From Octopus sinensis (lineage: Eukaryota): a DNA stretch of 64,000 nucleotides. The translations under genes were made by a program, and so were the position numbers. This document shows positions 50,824-62,938 of the stretch, piece by piece; the stretch's first letter is position 1, and the number at the start of each line of letters is the position of its first letter. The notes beneath the pieces were generated by a model that did not search any database, was not told where the DNA came from, and worked only from the letters and a program-made list of their open reading frames with translations. Where the stretch lies: positions 87,296,001 through 87,360,000 of the forward strand of contig NC_043004.1 in assembly GCF_006345805.1 (NCBI RefSeq), written 5' to 3'.

Positions 50824-52340
50824 GACAGAAATCATCTGGAATGCAGTATTACATTATCTTTTATTTAGCTGTTTCTTTTTATTATTATTTCTACTAACAT
50901 TGGTACAAAGTTACAAATTTGGTAGGAAAGATTAAGCTACCAAATCAATCCTTGCACTTGACTGGTACTTCATTTTACTGACCCTGGAAGAATGGAAGAT
51001 AAAGTTGGCCTTGGTGGAATTCGAACTTACAAAAAGATCTATAACTAAATTGACAGCATTTTGTCCAACACTAACACTGCTGCTACTGAATTGAGGACTG
51101 AGACATTAACTTCAAATACTTATGGAAAGAAAACAACAAAATTGAAAGCTCAAACTCCCAGGATTTTGTACAACTGAAGGACATTATTACATGTAAGCAA
51201 TAATATATGGTGATTGTGGCAGAATTGACATTTGGAAAAAAACCCAAAATTTGTTGATATATGTTGTTGTGGCTGCATAGTCCCATTTGAGCAGTCTTAT
51301 GGCATGCAGGTGCAATCCACAGCACTATCTTTTCACCTCATTGAGGACCACACTGCTCCCTCCCTTGTCCATTCTATTTTTATACATCTCTAGATTTTGG
51401 TGGTAGCTTCAGCAGAGGTGACAGATGCCATTCTTCTGTACTTCTTGTTGTACATTGCAGCAAAGTGTTTGTGGCCAGTGAAATTATTGATGTTGCAAGC
51501 TGTTTGTGTGTAAGCAAGCAGGAAGAGATGTTTTTATGATGTGCTCTGAGGGGTTATGATTTCATGTAATGGGAGATAACTGGGATGCTGACGATTTAGC
51601 ACGGCTGACTGGACATTCAACCTGTTTAGACACTGGAGCAAATACATGATTGACAAACACTTTCCCTTCTCTTCATAAATATAAAGAAGAAACATTCCCA
51701 AAGTGTCACACAGTCCAACAGAGAAGGAAGGGGAGACACAAAATGGCTGATGTCAAATAAGTCAGCATTGAATCGGTTTTGCCAGATAAGCAGTTCCAAA
51801 ATGTTTCATACTCATAATAGGGACCATGTAAGCTGAAGTTTTCTGAGGCAACAAACCAGGCTCCTTGTATGTCCAGGTGATCTTTCATTTTCATTATTAG
51901 GTGGTCTGTGAAGGCTGACGGCTTAGTAGTTAGGGTATTGGGCTTATGATTGTAAGGTTGTGGGTTCGATTCCTGCTGGCACAATGTGTCCTTGAATAAG
52001 ATACTTTATTTCACATTGCCCCAGTCCACTCAGCTGTAATTCATGTCATACCCTGTGTCACGTGTTTGTGAAGTACTTGGCTACCTATACGTTAAGTTCA
52101 CATGTAGGCTGTGTCCCACTGATTGGATTAACTGGAACACTTGTCATCACAACCAACAGGAGTGCCAGTTAGGTGGTCTGTGTACAATCAGTGTAGTGTA
52201 GGTGTTTTTTGTTATTTTTGTATCTTTTGAGCTGATTTTAGTTTGTTGAAAAATTAGTGTCCTGATAGGACTGGCATAGCCCATGATGGGCCTAATGTGT
52301 CGTTTGTACACCGTTGTTATTTATTTCTGTTGGTCAGGCA

Positions 52341-52515
52341 AATGTGAGATCTGTAATTGTAAATATTCTATTTTATTACCTGTTTACCAAATGTGGTACC
52401 AGTGACTGCAAATAAAATTCTATTTTATTACTTCTGATTGCAAATATAACCTCACCATTTAATTAATATTAACCAAATGTGATAACAGTGATTGCAAATA
52501 AAATTCTATTTTATA
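52341..52515. repeat. Three imperfect copies of a ~40-bp unit containing poly(A)-signal-like hexamers on both strands
   Basis: aatgtg...tgcaaataaaattctattttat units starting near 52341, 52390 and 52477. Confidence 0.75.
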
Positions 52516-52689
52516 CTTTTTAACTGATATTTGAATCAATTTATATAATCATGTTAAAATTCCAAAATAGCCGAATCTTTGTCACATCTTCAAAAGTGAT
52601 CATTTATCAAATTTATTACAATGAACCAACTAGGAAGCCTCTCTGCGGTTGTTAGGTCAATAGGGTCGGAGGGTCATGACTGAAGTTCC

Positions 52690-53040
52690 TTTGGTCACAG
52701 GACTGTGGCTATGCTGGAAAACTGCTTTGAAGAGTTTTGTCTAATAAATCAATTTCAATACTTATTTTTCAAGTTTGGTACTTATTCTATCAGTTTCTTT
52801 TGCTGAAGTGCTAAGTTACAGGGACATAAACAAAGCAATACTGGTTATCAAGCAATTGTTGGGTGACAAACACAAAACAGACATCAATGGCAGGTTTCCA
52901 CATAGTCTCTGCCTACCAAATTCAGTCACAAGGCAATGCTTAACCCAGGACTATAGCAGAAGACACTTGCCCAAAGTGCTGTAGAGTGGGACTGAACCTG
53001 AAACCATGTAATTGCAAAGGGATCTTTATAACCAAATGAC
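52690..53040 (-). mobile_element. SINE family A, diverged, probably within the SRSF11 3' UTR
   Basis: Body matches 2191-2557. Confidence 0.75.
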
Positions 53041-53399
53041 CAAAATTATAACATTCTGATGATAGTCAGAAACCAAATCTAAATGTACTGTGTTGTACAT
53101 AAACATTCTAAATATCATTATTAGTCTTGAAAATTATAATCTAAGATTAAAGAAACTGCAAGGATTAAAAAAAGAAAGCAAGAGATCAAAATTTTTTTTT
53201 ATCAATGATTATATTTTTACTTTTGAGTATGTGTGTGTAAATGTTTGTGATGTTTTGTAAAAGAGTCCAACTTCATGAAAAATGTGTATGAAAGAAAAAT
53301 TACAGGAAACAAAAGTATTCTATATGTATGTCAGTATTACAAGATTAAAAATTTTACAGATGAGAAAATGCAGATAACAATTCTTATTTGTGTGCCCTA

Positions 53400-53748
53400 C
53401 TAGTCACTCATGTCCATGTCCATTTGTTGAAGGTTTACATCTGAAGCTAACTGGTCTCCTATACTAGATGGTACAACACTCTCACGTTCAGGGCTACCTT
53501 CTATGATTGTAGGTTCAGTAACTGTGGGAGCATTGGCAACAGTATACACCTTCTCAGCCTTGCCCTCACCACTTACATAGCCCTTTTCCTCTTCATCATA
53601 GTCACGAGTGACACGAGTACTGTCTGTCTTCATGGATGATTTCTCTTCCTTGTCACTACGGTGTTCCTTGTGTTTTTTCTTACTCTTACTCTCTTTTTCA
53701 CGACTTCTCTCTCTGCTTCTTTCTCTCGGTTCTTTCTTTTTCTTACTC
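53400..53748 (-). CDS. SRSF11: SRSF11 last coding exon (SKKKKEPRE...VTRDYDEEEKGY...DMDMSD*)
   Basis: gttgcag acceptor, TAG at 53402-53400; corresponds to ORF 53400..53759. Confidence 0.94.
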
Positions 53749-56700
53749 CTGCAACACAAACAAACAATAGTTTTAATTCATTTTGATAATTAAAACACAT
53801 TAATAAAATTTAACCCTGTCACAGCATATTCCTGCTATAGTGGGAAATAGGTTAAATGTCATCTCTGTTGAATTCCCAATAAAATGGTAACAAGCAACAT
53901 GCCAAAAAAGATGAAGCTGGTTCTGTCCATTAGTTTGCCTGCAATTGTTATTCTTAAGCTGTGTATACAACTATTTATGCTTTTGCTCAGGAGTCCAAGT
54001 GAAGGGTAAAGTTAGACACGGGGGCCCAAGTCTGAGAGGGTTAATTTTCTAGTCCCACCCATGCTAGCATGGAATACGGACATTAAATGATGATGATGAT
54101 ACTGAATTGTAGTACACTAACAAGAAATTGTACATTATACACGTGTGGATTATCATCATCAGTTACGATACCTGTGCCGGCGGCACGTAAAAAGCACCAT
54201 CCGAACGTGGCACATGACCTGCTGTACTTGAGAAGACCTATTGAGTCAAGTACATCAACATCAAAATAAATATCAAATGGAAATAGTAGTTGCGATGTTG
54301 CGATACCTGTGCCGGTGGCACGTAAAAAGCACCAACCAATCGTGGCCACTACTAGCCTCCCCTGGCACGTAAAAAGCACCCACTACACTCACGGAGTGGT
54401 TGGCATTAGGAAGGGCATCCAGCTGTAGAAACACTGCCAGATCAGACTGGAGCCTGGTGCAGCCTCCTGGCTTCCCAGACCCCGGTCGAACCGTCCAACT
54501 TGTGCTAGCATGTTAAACGATGATGATGATGATGATCGTTTAACGTCTGCTCTCCATGCTGGCAATGGGTTGGATAGTTTGACCGAGTACTGGCAAGCCA
54601 GTAGGCTGCTCCAATTTGATCTGGCAAGGTTTCTACAGCTGGATGCCCTTCTTAACACCGACCACTCCAAGAGTGTAGTGGGTGTTTTTTATGTGCCACC
54701 AGCATGGAACACTGGCATCGACCATGTTCGGATGTTGCTTTTTATGTGCCACCAGTTAGGGGACACTGGCTTCAACTACGTTTGCATGGTGCTTTTTACA
54801 TTCCAATGGCACATAAATATAATATATAATTTAAAACACTTTGAAAACTAAAACATTATATACTAGAGATTTTTCTGAAGCAAATCAAAGTTGGAAGCAT
54901 TTATGATTTATTAAACAACAGCTTAAATTTGTACTTAAGTATTTTTGTAGGGATTAGTAAGCATTTTCCAAAACAATGAATAATTGTCCAAAATACCTTG
55001 ATGATTTATGTCTGGAACCACTACGTGAACGTGAGCGTCGATTACGAGGAGGACTGGTAGACCGGCGCCTAGGGTTGCGATTAGGTCGGTTGCGACTGCA
55101 AACAACAAAAAACACAAGGCATACATATTTACATAAAAAATAAACATTAAAATGCTATTGTTTGGAACATTAAAATAGGTAACTTCCTACCAAAGATTTC
55201 AAAAAAAAAACTAATTATTCCCATTGATAAATTGAATTAAATTATTATTAAGGAAACCTATAATATAATAAGTTTTACCCTTTAGCATTCAGATTACTGT
55301 CAACTGTTATTTTTATTTATTCACACTGTTTTAAATTAATCATGCATTATCTCATAGCTTTGAGATTTTGATGGCATATATATTATAGTATAGGTACAAG
55401 AGATTGGATTTGGCCAGTTTGAATGTAAAACAAGTGGAATATTTGTGCCAGATATGGACAGCTTAAATGCTAATGGGTTAAGTGATGAGCAAAAGATGTT
55501 AAAATTATTCATAACTGAACTTCTTAATATTTTTAACATCAATGGAACAAATATTTTTACAGCTTGAAGCCTTTTCTGACACTAATCATTTAACCATACA
55601 TTCAGAATGGTGTCTTTTACAGCTCAGTGAACTGAGATCAATAACAGTTGCTTCGTAGCAGAGTGTGATCTCATTAAACTTTGGATTAATAATCAGATAT
55701 TTTAGTTGATACATTTCTTAAATTTAAATTGTGAAAACTTTACAACTATATCTCTCTATTAATGTTAAGATTAAGATAATGCTAGAATTATTGTGAATGT
55801 ATTCTCTACCCATAATGTCTTTAATAATTCACCTTCTAACCTAACTTTAAATCAATGGGAGCCCTATCCCACCGCTATCTTTAACCTCAGGTAAGTTAGA
55901 ATGTGGTAACAATCTAAAACAATATCTGTTTTGGCTGTACAAGAAAAACAAGATAATATTTTAAAATCTTCCATGATATAGCAAATGAAAGAGGACTTAC
56001 AAATAGGAGAGCAGGAAACTGCACATACAAAAGAAAAAAAGAATTGGTTCATATATTGTACAAAAGTCAAACCTAGAAACTATTACAAATAAACAAAAGC
56101 AAAGTTGAGCAACTCAAAGGACAGTATTATTTATTGTTTTATATAGATACTAACCTGTGAGATCTTCGAGATTTTTTGCTTGGTGTTCTACTACGACTCC
56201 TCTTCTCATGAGAACTGTTGACATAAAAAAAATAAATATATAAATAAATAATAATTATGGTATGAATAGTATTGTATGGGAGTTGAATGGTGATAGTGAC
56301 AGTTATGTTCCTTGAAAGAAGGAGCTTAAAATATGGGTTCTTAAATGATGTGTGTTGAAATTTCACTGACAAATTTTCTATGGCTGGATGCTCCTTCTGT
56401 TGCCAAATTTCACCTGCTTCCAAGCAAGGTAATATTTTCCTTAGTTCTTTGAACAAGAACAACACAATGGTTGGACATGTTTTCATAGAAGATTGTAAGT
56501 GAAAGACACCATTTATGATAGTAACATTTGTTTATAATTAGCCAGAAATGTCAAGACAAGGTGACTAGGTTTCTTCCTGTTTCCATTTACCAAATTTGCT
56601 CACAAGGCTTTGCTCAGCCTGGGGCAATAGTAAAAGATACTTGCCCATGGTACCATGCAGTGGGATTGAACTTGAAACCACATGATTGCGAAGTGAACTT

Positions 56701-59700
56701 ATTTTGTTTTTAATGGTTGGCTAAAGGAAGGCTGTAAAAACATGACAAGCACAACAAAGACACATTTGTGGATTTTTTTGGGGTTCTTTTTTTTAAAACT
56801 TTCTGTGCCAGATGACAAATGAAAATTATATGATGATGATAATAGAATTCTTGAAGTATGAAGAATCATGGTGCATACTCCAAAATATCATGGGAAATTC
56901 TAAACAGTATGAAACTCTTGGAAAACAAAAATTAAGACAGAAGACTCAAACCTCTAGGGAAGAACAGTGTTATATTGAAAAAAATCTATGGTTATGAATG
57001 TGGGGTGATGACCAAAAGAGTACAATCACAAATACAAGAGGCCAAAATGGGTTTCCTGCAAAGGATCTCTGAAGTGATGTTACTTGATAAGGAGCATAGT
57101 TCAGAGATCAGGGAGGATCTCCAGATCAAACTGCTACTTCTCAACACTGACAGGTCACAGCTTGGGTACTACAGATGTGATTAGAATGTGGCAGAATCAC
57201 AAGATTGATTCTACAAGTCCAGCCAACTGGTAGGATACCTAAGGGCAGACCAAGAATGAGAAGGTCAGATATCATCATCCAATCTCAGTTGGTCATGCCT
57301 GGGAATCCAGCTGGAAAGTCTAATGATAGTTGCTTCTGATAGGACTCTATGGGGGAGGCATCAGAGGACTCTCCCCAATGACAAAAATAGTGGGCAGAAA
57401 AAAAACCGCATGGATTAACACTTTTAGATTTCACTTTAATAGTGTTTTTCTATGGTGCTTAACAGAGTTTGGAAAGAAAGAAGAGGTAAGTGCAAAATCT
57501 ACCTTGATTTTCTTTCTGGAGAGGAGTCTTTGTCATCATCCTTCAGGGGAAGGGAACATTCCCTTGTAAGTTTAGGAGGAGATGGGCTAATGTATTTCTT
57601 TTTCACTGGTGACTTTTGTCGACTTCGGCTACGAGACCGACGCTTTATTGGTCTAAAATCAGAAGGTTAATAACAGAATAACTTCATAGCCTTATATATA
57701 AACACATACACACACACAGATATATATATATATATATATATATTTACACACATGGTGGACTGTTCCAGTAATTTCAACTTATAGCCTCCAATTATTCTAG
57801 TCGTGCACACTCTTAATGTAATTCCCTGGTAGAATGAGGATGACAGTGTGTGACATGACTTAACCTTTGACTGTCTGATGGGCTTCTACGCAATTTCTGC
57901 CAACTCAATTTCACTTACAAACCTATGCTAAAAGCCCTTTCCCCATGATGCCATGCTGTGGGATCAAACCTGAAACCTTACAGTTTATGTTTATGCTTTA
58001 TGTTTTACAGTTTCAGCTCTTGAGCTGTGGCCATGCTGGGGCACCGAGTGAACCTCTTAATCACTCAGCCATGGCTTCATATATGTTGTTCAGGGTATGA
58101 CTTCAAACTGCTTCCAGTAGTAGGGCCCTGGTACAAGAGTTCCAGGGTTTTGAGGAGTATAGAACTACCTCTTAGCCACTATTATTCCTAGGTCTACTCT
58201 GAACTGAAGTAGGGTCCCTGCTATGGGTTAACTAGCATGTGAACCAAAGGGATTGAAAGATCTCTCGTTCTTCTTAGAACTTCCTTTTAGAAAGTAAACT
58301 TGCATAGAAAAAACTCAAAATGCAGGCAGTTTCTTTCTGGTCGTATCAAACTTGGTTGTGCCACTGGTTTTATAACTGATTACACTGAAAAATGGGTTCA
58401 ATGCTGTACAATACTTCGTCCATTCAAAACAATTTATGTGTGCATGCATGTATACACACACACAAGGTCATTCAATCTGCTAGAAACAGCAGCAAATGGC
58501 CATACTGTATTAAGAACACCTTGGAGAATAGGGTTAAGCAACACAATCACATGTTCAAAAGCATAAACTTCATTATCAAACATACAAGTGATTGACATTT
58601 TCCCCCAAAGAAGACAAATTATTAAATCAATTAAATTTCCATCTTACATAGAAGAGGAGCTTAACTGCTCTTAAAATATACCAAATACAAAATTTTCTTA
58701 TATGCTTAAAGATTGCAAAGGAGAACACTTACAGATGGCAGATGTTACATTTAAAATTGAGTGCATTCTAACCTAATATACTAAAATAATTCTCCAATAT
58801 AAATTTATCTGAATGTTAGAATGGATTGCATTTATTATGTACAACAGAATGACTGATAAATATCTGTGTTAAGAGAAATGTTTTATAATGACTTAGTGAA
58901 AAATGTGATTAAAATAATGAAAAAAAATAAAGACATACCGAGGTGGAGTCCGAGAACGTCTGGCACTGTATGCTTTGGGAGGAGTACGTCTGTTAAAAGA
59001 GAGTATATTTAACTTAAAATAGATATAAATTAAAGTAACCTACATTTTAATAATCTTTATTTGTGAAATGATGAATATTATTAATAGAAAAAGATGCTAA
59101 ACATGCTAACACAAGTGAATAATTCACCTATTCAACTAAAACATCATGCGTGAAAAACTGTTAGTTATCATAAAATGAGCATTATTCTGAAGTTCATACT
59201 TCGATTCTCTTTTACTCTTTTACTTGTTTCAGTCATTTGACTGTGGCCATGCTGGGGCACCGCCTTTAATTGTATATAATTGATTTTTCTTTGTAACATC
59301 ATTCACTGCTTTCTGTATTAGGAGACAAATTCTCGTCCAGGAATGTGGCTGGCTGTGAGTACACATCATCCCAAAAAGGCTGAAATGCATCTGGGATGAA
59401 TTTCCATCTCCCTCCAATATTTATTAGAACACATCTATAAGAGATGTTATCCCAGAACAAATACCACAGTGAGTGACCTACCAATGGTGTATATACATTA
59501 AGTATGATACACAGATAGCTATTTTAATTTAATACTTGCCTCACCGACAGGCACCTGATACTTATCTGTATTGTTTATAACTATATGCTGAAATTCTAAG
59601 ACCAACTGAGAAGGCAATCTAAAATGGTTTTTATACTTAACGTACCTTGTTCTAGATCTTGATCTTTTGCGATGTGGACTTCTGGATTTTCTTCCCCTAG

Positions 59701-59723
59701 AACGAGATCGGGGGTGACGTGTC
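53400..59723 (-). CDS. SRSF11: Serine/arginine-rich splicing factor 11 (p54), RS-domain 3' part: complement(join(59646..59723,58939..58989,57503..57652,56155..56214,54997..55095,53400..53748)); RRM exons lie beyond the right edge
   Basis: RS-rich exons join in frame. SRSF11-specific motifs: TPPKAYSARRSR (human TPPKSYSTARRSRS), VTRDYDEEEKGY (human VTRDYDEEEQGY) and terminal DMDMSD*. Confidence 0.9.
54364..54697. repeat. Tail-to-tail pair of family B retroposons forming a foldback
   Basis: A + copy ending gttaaacgat(gat)n abuts a - copy beginning atcgtttaac. Confidence 0.9.
54997..55095 (-). CDS. SRSF11: SRSF11 RS exon (RNRPNRNPRRRSTSPPRNRRSRSRSGSRHKSS)
   Basis: tttgcag acceptor, gtattt donor, 99 nt, phase 2-2. 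Confidence 0.9.
56155..56214 (-). CDS. SRSF11: SRSF11 RS exon (SHEKRSRSRTPSKKSRRSH)
   Basis: tcaacag acceptor, gttagt donor, 60 nt, phase 2-2. Confidence 0.88.
56930..57350 (+). mobile_element. RTE LINE relic
   Basis: YGYECGVMTKRVQSQIQEAKMGFLQRISEVMLLDKEHSSEIREDLQIKLLLLNTDRSQL. Confidence 0.75.
57503..57652 (-). CDS. SRSF11: SRSF11 RS exon (PIKRRSRSRSRQKSP...SSPERKS)
   Basis: attttag acceptor, gtagat donor, 150 nt, phase 2-2. Confidence 0.88.
58939..58989 (-). CDS. SRSF11: SRSF11 RS exon (RTPPKAYSARRSRTPP)
   Basis: ttaacag acceptor, gtatgt donor, 51 nt, phase 2-2. Confidence 0.92.
59646..59723 (-). CDS. SRSF11: SRSF11 RS exon (TRHPRSRSRGRKSRSPHRKRSRSRT)
   Basis: aaatag acceptor, gtacgt donor, 78 nt, phase 2-2. 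Confidence 0.9.
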
Positions 59724-62037
59724 CTATTTAAAAAAGAAAAAGTTTTACAAATTTAAGAAATAAAAAAATACAAGTTAAAGCATAAGAGATCATTCTGATG
59801 AGATCCACATGAATCAAGAGAACTTTCAACAATCTTACTGAATACTGAAACCTATTAATCCATCCTTTATCATAAAATATAGCAGTTATAAGGTGGTTAA
59901 ACATCTATTCATTATATAAAGCAAAAAGTCACATCTACGAGAGAAATGGAACTCAATTTTATCTACAACACCACTTGACTGGTACCTTATTTTATTCATC
60001 CCTGGAAAGCAAAGTTAACTGTAGCAAGACTTGAACTCAAGTATAGAGGTTAGATATGAAACACAAAGCCTTAGAAAAGCTACCACAAAAACAGCTAATT
60101 ACTTAATTTTGGTTTTGTGAATCAATTTTTGTATATTTTAGAAGAAATGATTCATCTCAAAAGAAACAGGAAAATGTATGGAAACCACCTGCTTGGCTTC
60201 CATACATTTTCTGAGTATTAGACTCATGGCTTATGACTAATAGGTTTCAATATTAAATTCTGGTCAAAATCTCAGTCTAGATAACATAAACAGGCTATTT
60301 TACAGTGAAACAGTACAGGGGAAAAAACATGCAATTGTTTAGATCTGAAGAACAATGGAAAAAACAAACAAAACATGTATACGAGCATTAGTTTCATAGC
60401 TTGTACAAGTGATTTTGCTTAATTGCATATCAGATATTGGTATAGTTCAGTTAAATGCATAACTTTTCAAAAAACTGAAGCATTTAAGCATCAAATCTAT
60501 GAAACATTGATTGGTTAACTGCATATGCAAATAATATCAATTTGGGTTAGTTACATAAGATATTTTTCATATCATTTTGAATATGAAAAAAATGGTTGAT
60601 ATAAATGAAGTTGATTCTGGAAGGTTCTGTTTTCATGATGAGCTAAAATGACAACACTCAATACTTCATGTTTACAAACAATGCATTCAAAATATCAAAA
60701 TGTAAGTCATGTTCAACATATAATTTAGATATTGTTCTCTTTAAATTTCTGGATTTGGAGTTTAAAAAACATTTACATTGTCTTCAATATAACTTTGATA
60801 AATGAGGCATAGTTTTGTGCCTGCTCAGCTGTAGCAGAGCTTAGTTGGAGGCTCATGTATCTATGTATGCTCATGCATTTATTTTAAGATTTACAGACTG
60901 ATAAAAGCTTACAAGATTTCCACTGAATGTGGAAAGTCAGAGCTTTCATAGATTTGAAAACCGAGACATTTGTAATTTCTTCATCAAATTGCAGGTCAAT
61001 AAGCCATATCATGATATTTCATTAGTCTTCAGGCACAGTAAACTCATCTATATTAGGAAATATTTCTAAAGAATTGAAATTTATAACAGGTGTCCTACTA
61101 CAATTGAGGTTTGATGTTTAGATTTGGTTGTTGGCATTTATAAAGATATCTTGTAGCTATTACCAATACATTTGCTTATAGCTTCTTAAATAAAGACAGC
61201 AATGCAGTAGAAAGGCTAGTGTATAATGACATAGCAGTGGAGCTCTCCCTAAATGCTTTCAAGAGTTACACAGATGAACAGTTCTGATTATCAAAGCTTA
61301 ATGTAAAATCAATTTTGGTTGAATGATAAATTACAGTTAATAAGTTCATATAACAAACAGTCATGTGTATGTATATAGAATTACAACGACATTTTGCATC
61401 CATAGTTGTGTGCTTGTATAATACATACATAACCAATAGATGGTTGAAGTCCGTTTCCACTCACCACAGGCTAGCAAACTTTCTACTTGTATAGACAAGA
61501 TAAATATTAAGCTAGTTTTTTCATGGTCTTTTACAGACTAGGTAACCAATAAAGATTAGTAGCGCTTAATAACTTTTGTTTGATTTGATACTCTATAATA
61601 AACATTTACATTTAGGCATTGAAGCTTTCCAGATTATAAACCTCATATTTATATTTTTTTATATCTACAGTACATTTGAACTGATTTGATTGCCAATTGC
61701 CAATAAGTGTTTTATTCTTGTGTGTGTGTGTGTGTATGCATGTATGTATATATATATATATATATAGTTATCCGTAATAATGAAGGGTGAAATTAATTAA
61801 TTTGGAATAATTATCAATTACACCAAGTAGTCTTCGGCATGTAAAAGCCTCATTCGAGGAAAATTTAAGTAATACTAAGCAATAAAGGGTTTAGCAACGA
61901 ATTGCCTTACCACATACCGAATTTAGAAATAGCAGTCAAAGAGTTATAGCTATTTCTTCTACTAAAAAGGGAGATCTCAGTAAAAACAGCAATTGGAAGG
62001 CAGACACAAACAGGTAAGAGAGAATGAATTGACGGCA

Positions 62038-62100
<63 letters not shown>

Positions 62101-62102
<2 letters not shown>

Positions 62103-62938
62103 TCATCCCATAAATAATGCAATTTTTTCAATTGTATAAACTAAAAGTTGGGCAGGGATGGGTTAAACTACCTGCATTAACTTGCTATAAAAGCAGGTAG
62201 TAATTTTACTTTGGTTTTATTCTTAGTGCAAGTTTTGAAGAGTGCAGTTCGATTTTAACAGTTATTTTATTAAAGTTATAATGGAAGTGACAAAGGAGCA
62301 TATTCAGCATATTTTCCTTTATGAGTTCAATAAAGGCAACAAGTGCAAGGAATATTAATGCAGTATATGGGGATCGGACAATAAGCATAAGCCAGTGTCA
62401 GTGGTAGTTCCAGAAATTCCAAGCCAGAAACTACAGCCTAGAAGATGAGCCTCGTCCTGGAAGATCTGTAGAACTCAATGAGGATGTCTTGCAAACCCTG
62501 GTGGAGCAAAATCCCATCGTAACTGTTGAACTAGCAGAGGAGCTTGGATTTGGTCATTCAAGATGAAAGGTGCTCTTCCATCAGGACTATGCTCGGCCAC
62601 ATACAATGAAGATAACATTACAAACGCTGGGGCAGTTTGAATGGGAAATGATGCCCCACCCAATATATTTGCTGGACATTGCCCCCATCTGATTATCATT
62701 TATTCCGCAGTTGGACGGAAAAATATGAATTCTGCAGATGAGGTCAGAACAGTACTGGAGGAGTATTTTTCATTACAGGTAGTGAATCTTGGAAGAGAGA
62801 CTTTGCAAGTCTACCACATAGATGGAAGAGCATTGTAGAAAATGAAAGAGAGCATATTTTAAATTAAAAAAGAACTTTATATATTAATTTTGAAAAATAA
62901 AAGTATTAAAAAACCGCATTATTTATGGTATGACCCAA
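62101..62938 (+). mobile_element. Internally deleted mariner (D,D34D) element
   Basis: ATG 62281: MEVTKEHIQHIFLYEFNKG..ARNINAVYGD..SLEDEPRPGRS; then LFHQDYARPH-(34 residues between the aspartates)-DIAPSDYHLF. TIR gtcatcccataaataatgc / gcattatttatggtatgacccaa followed by TA. Confidence 0.9.

Noticed and set aside
54150-54400. Short direct repeats with spacers that superficially resemble a CRISPR array
   Set aside because: Eukaryotic context, irregular spacing, no cas genes; the units belong to a dispersed retroposon family
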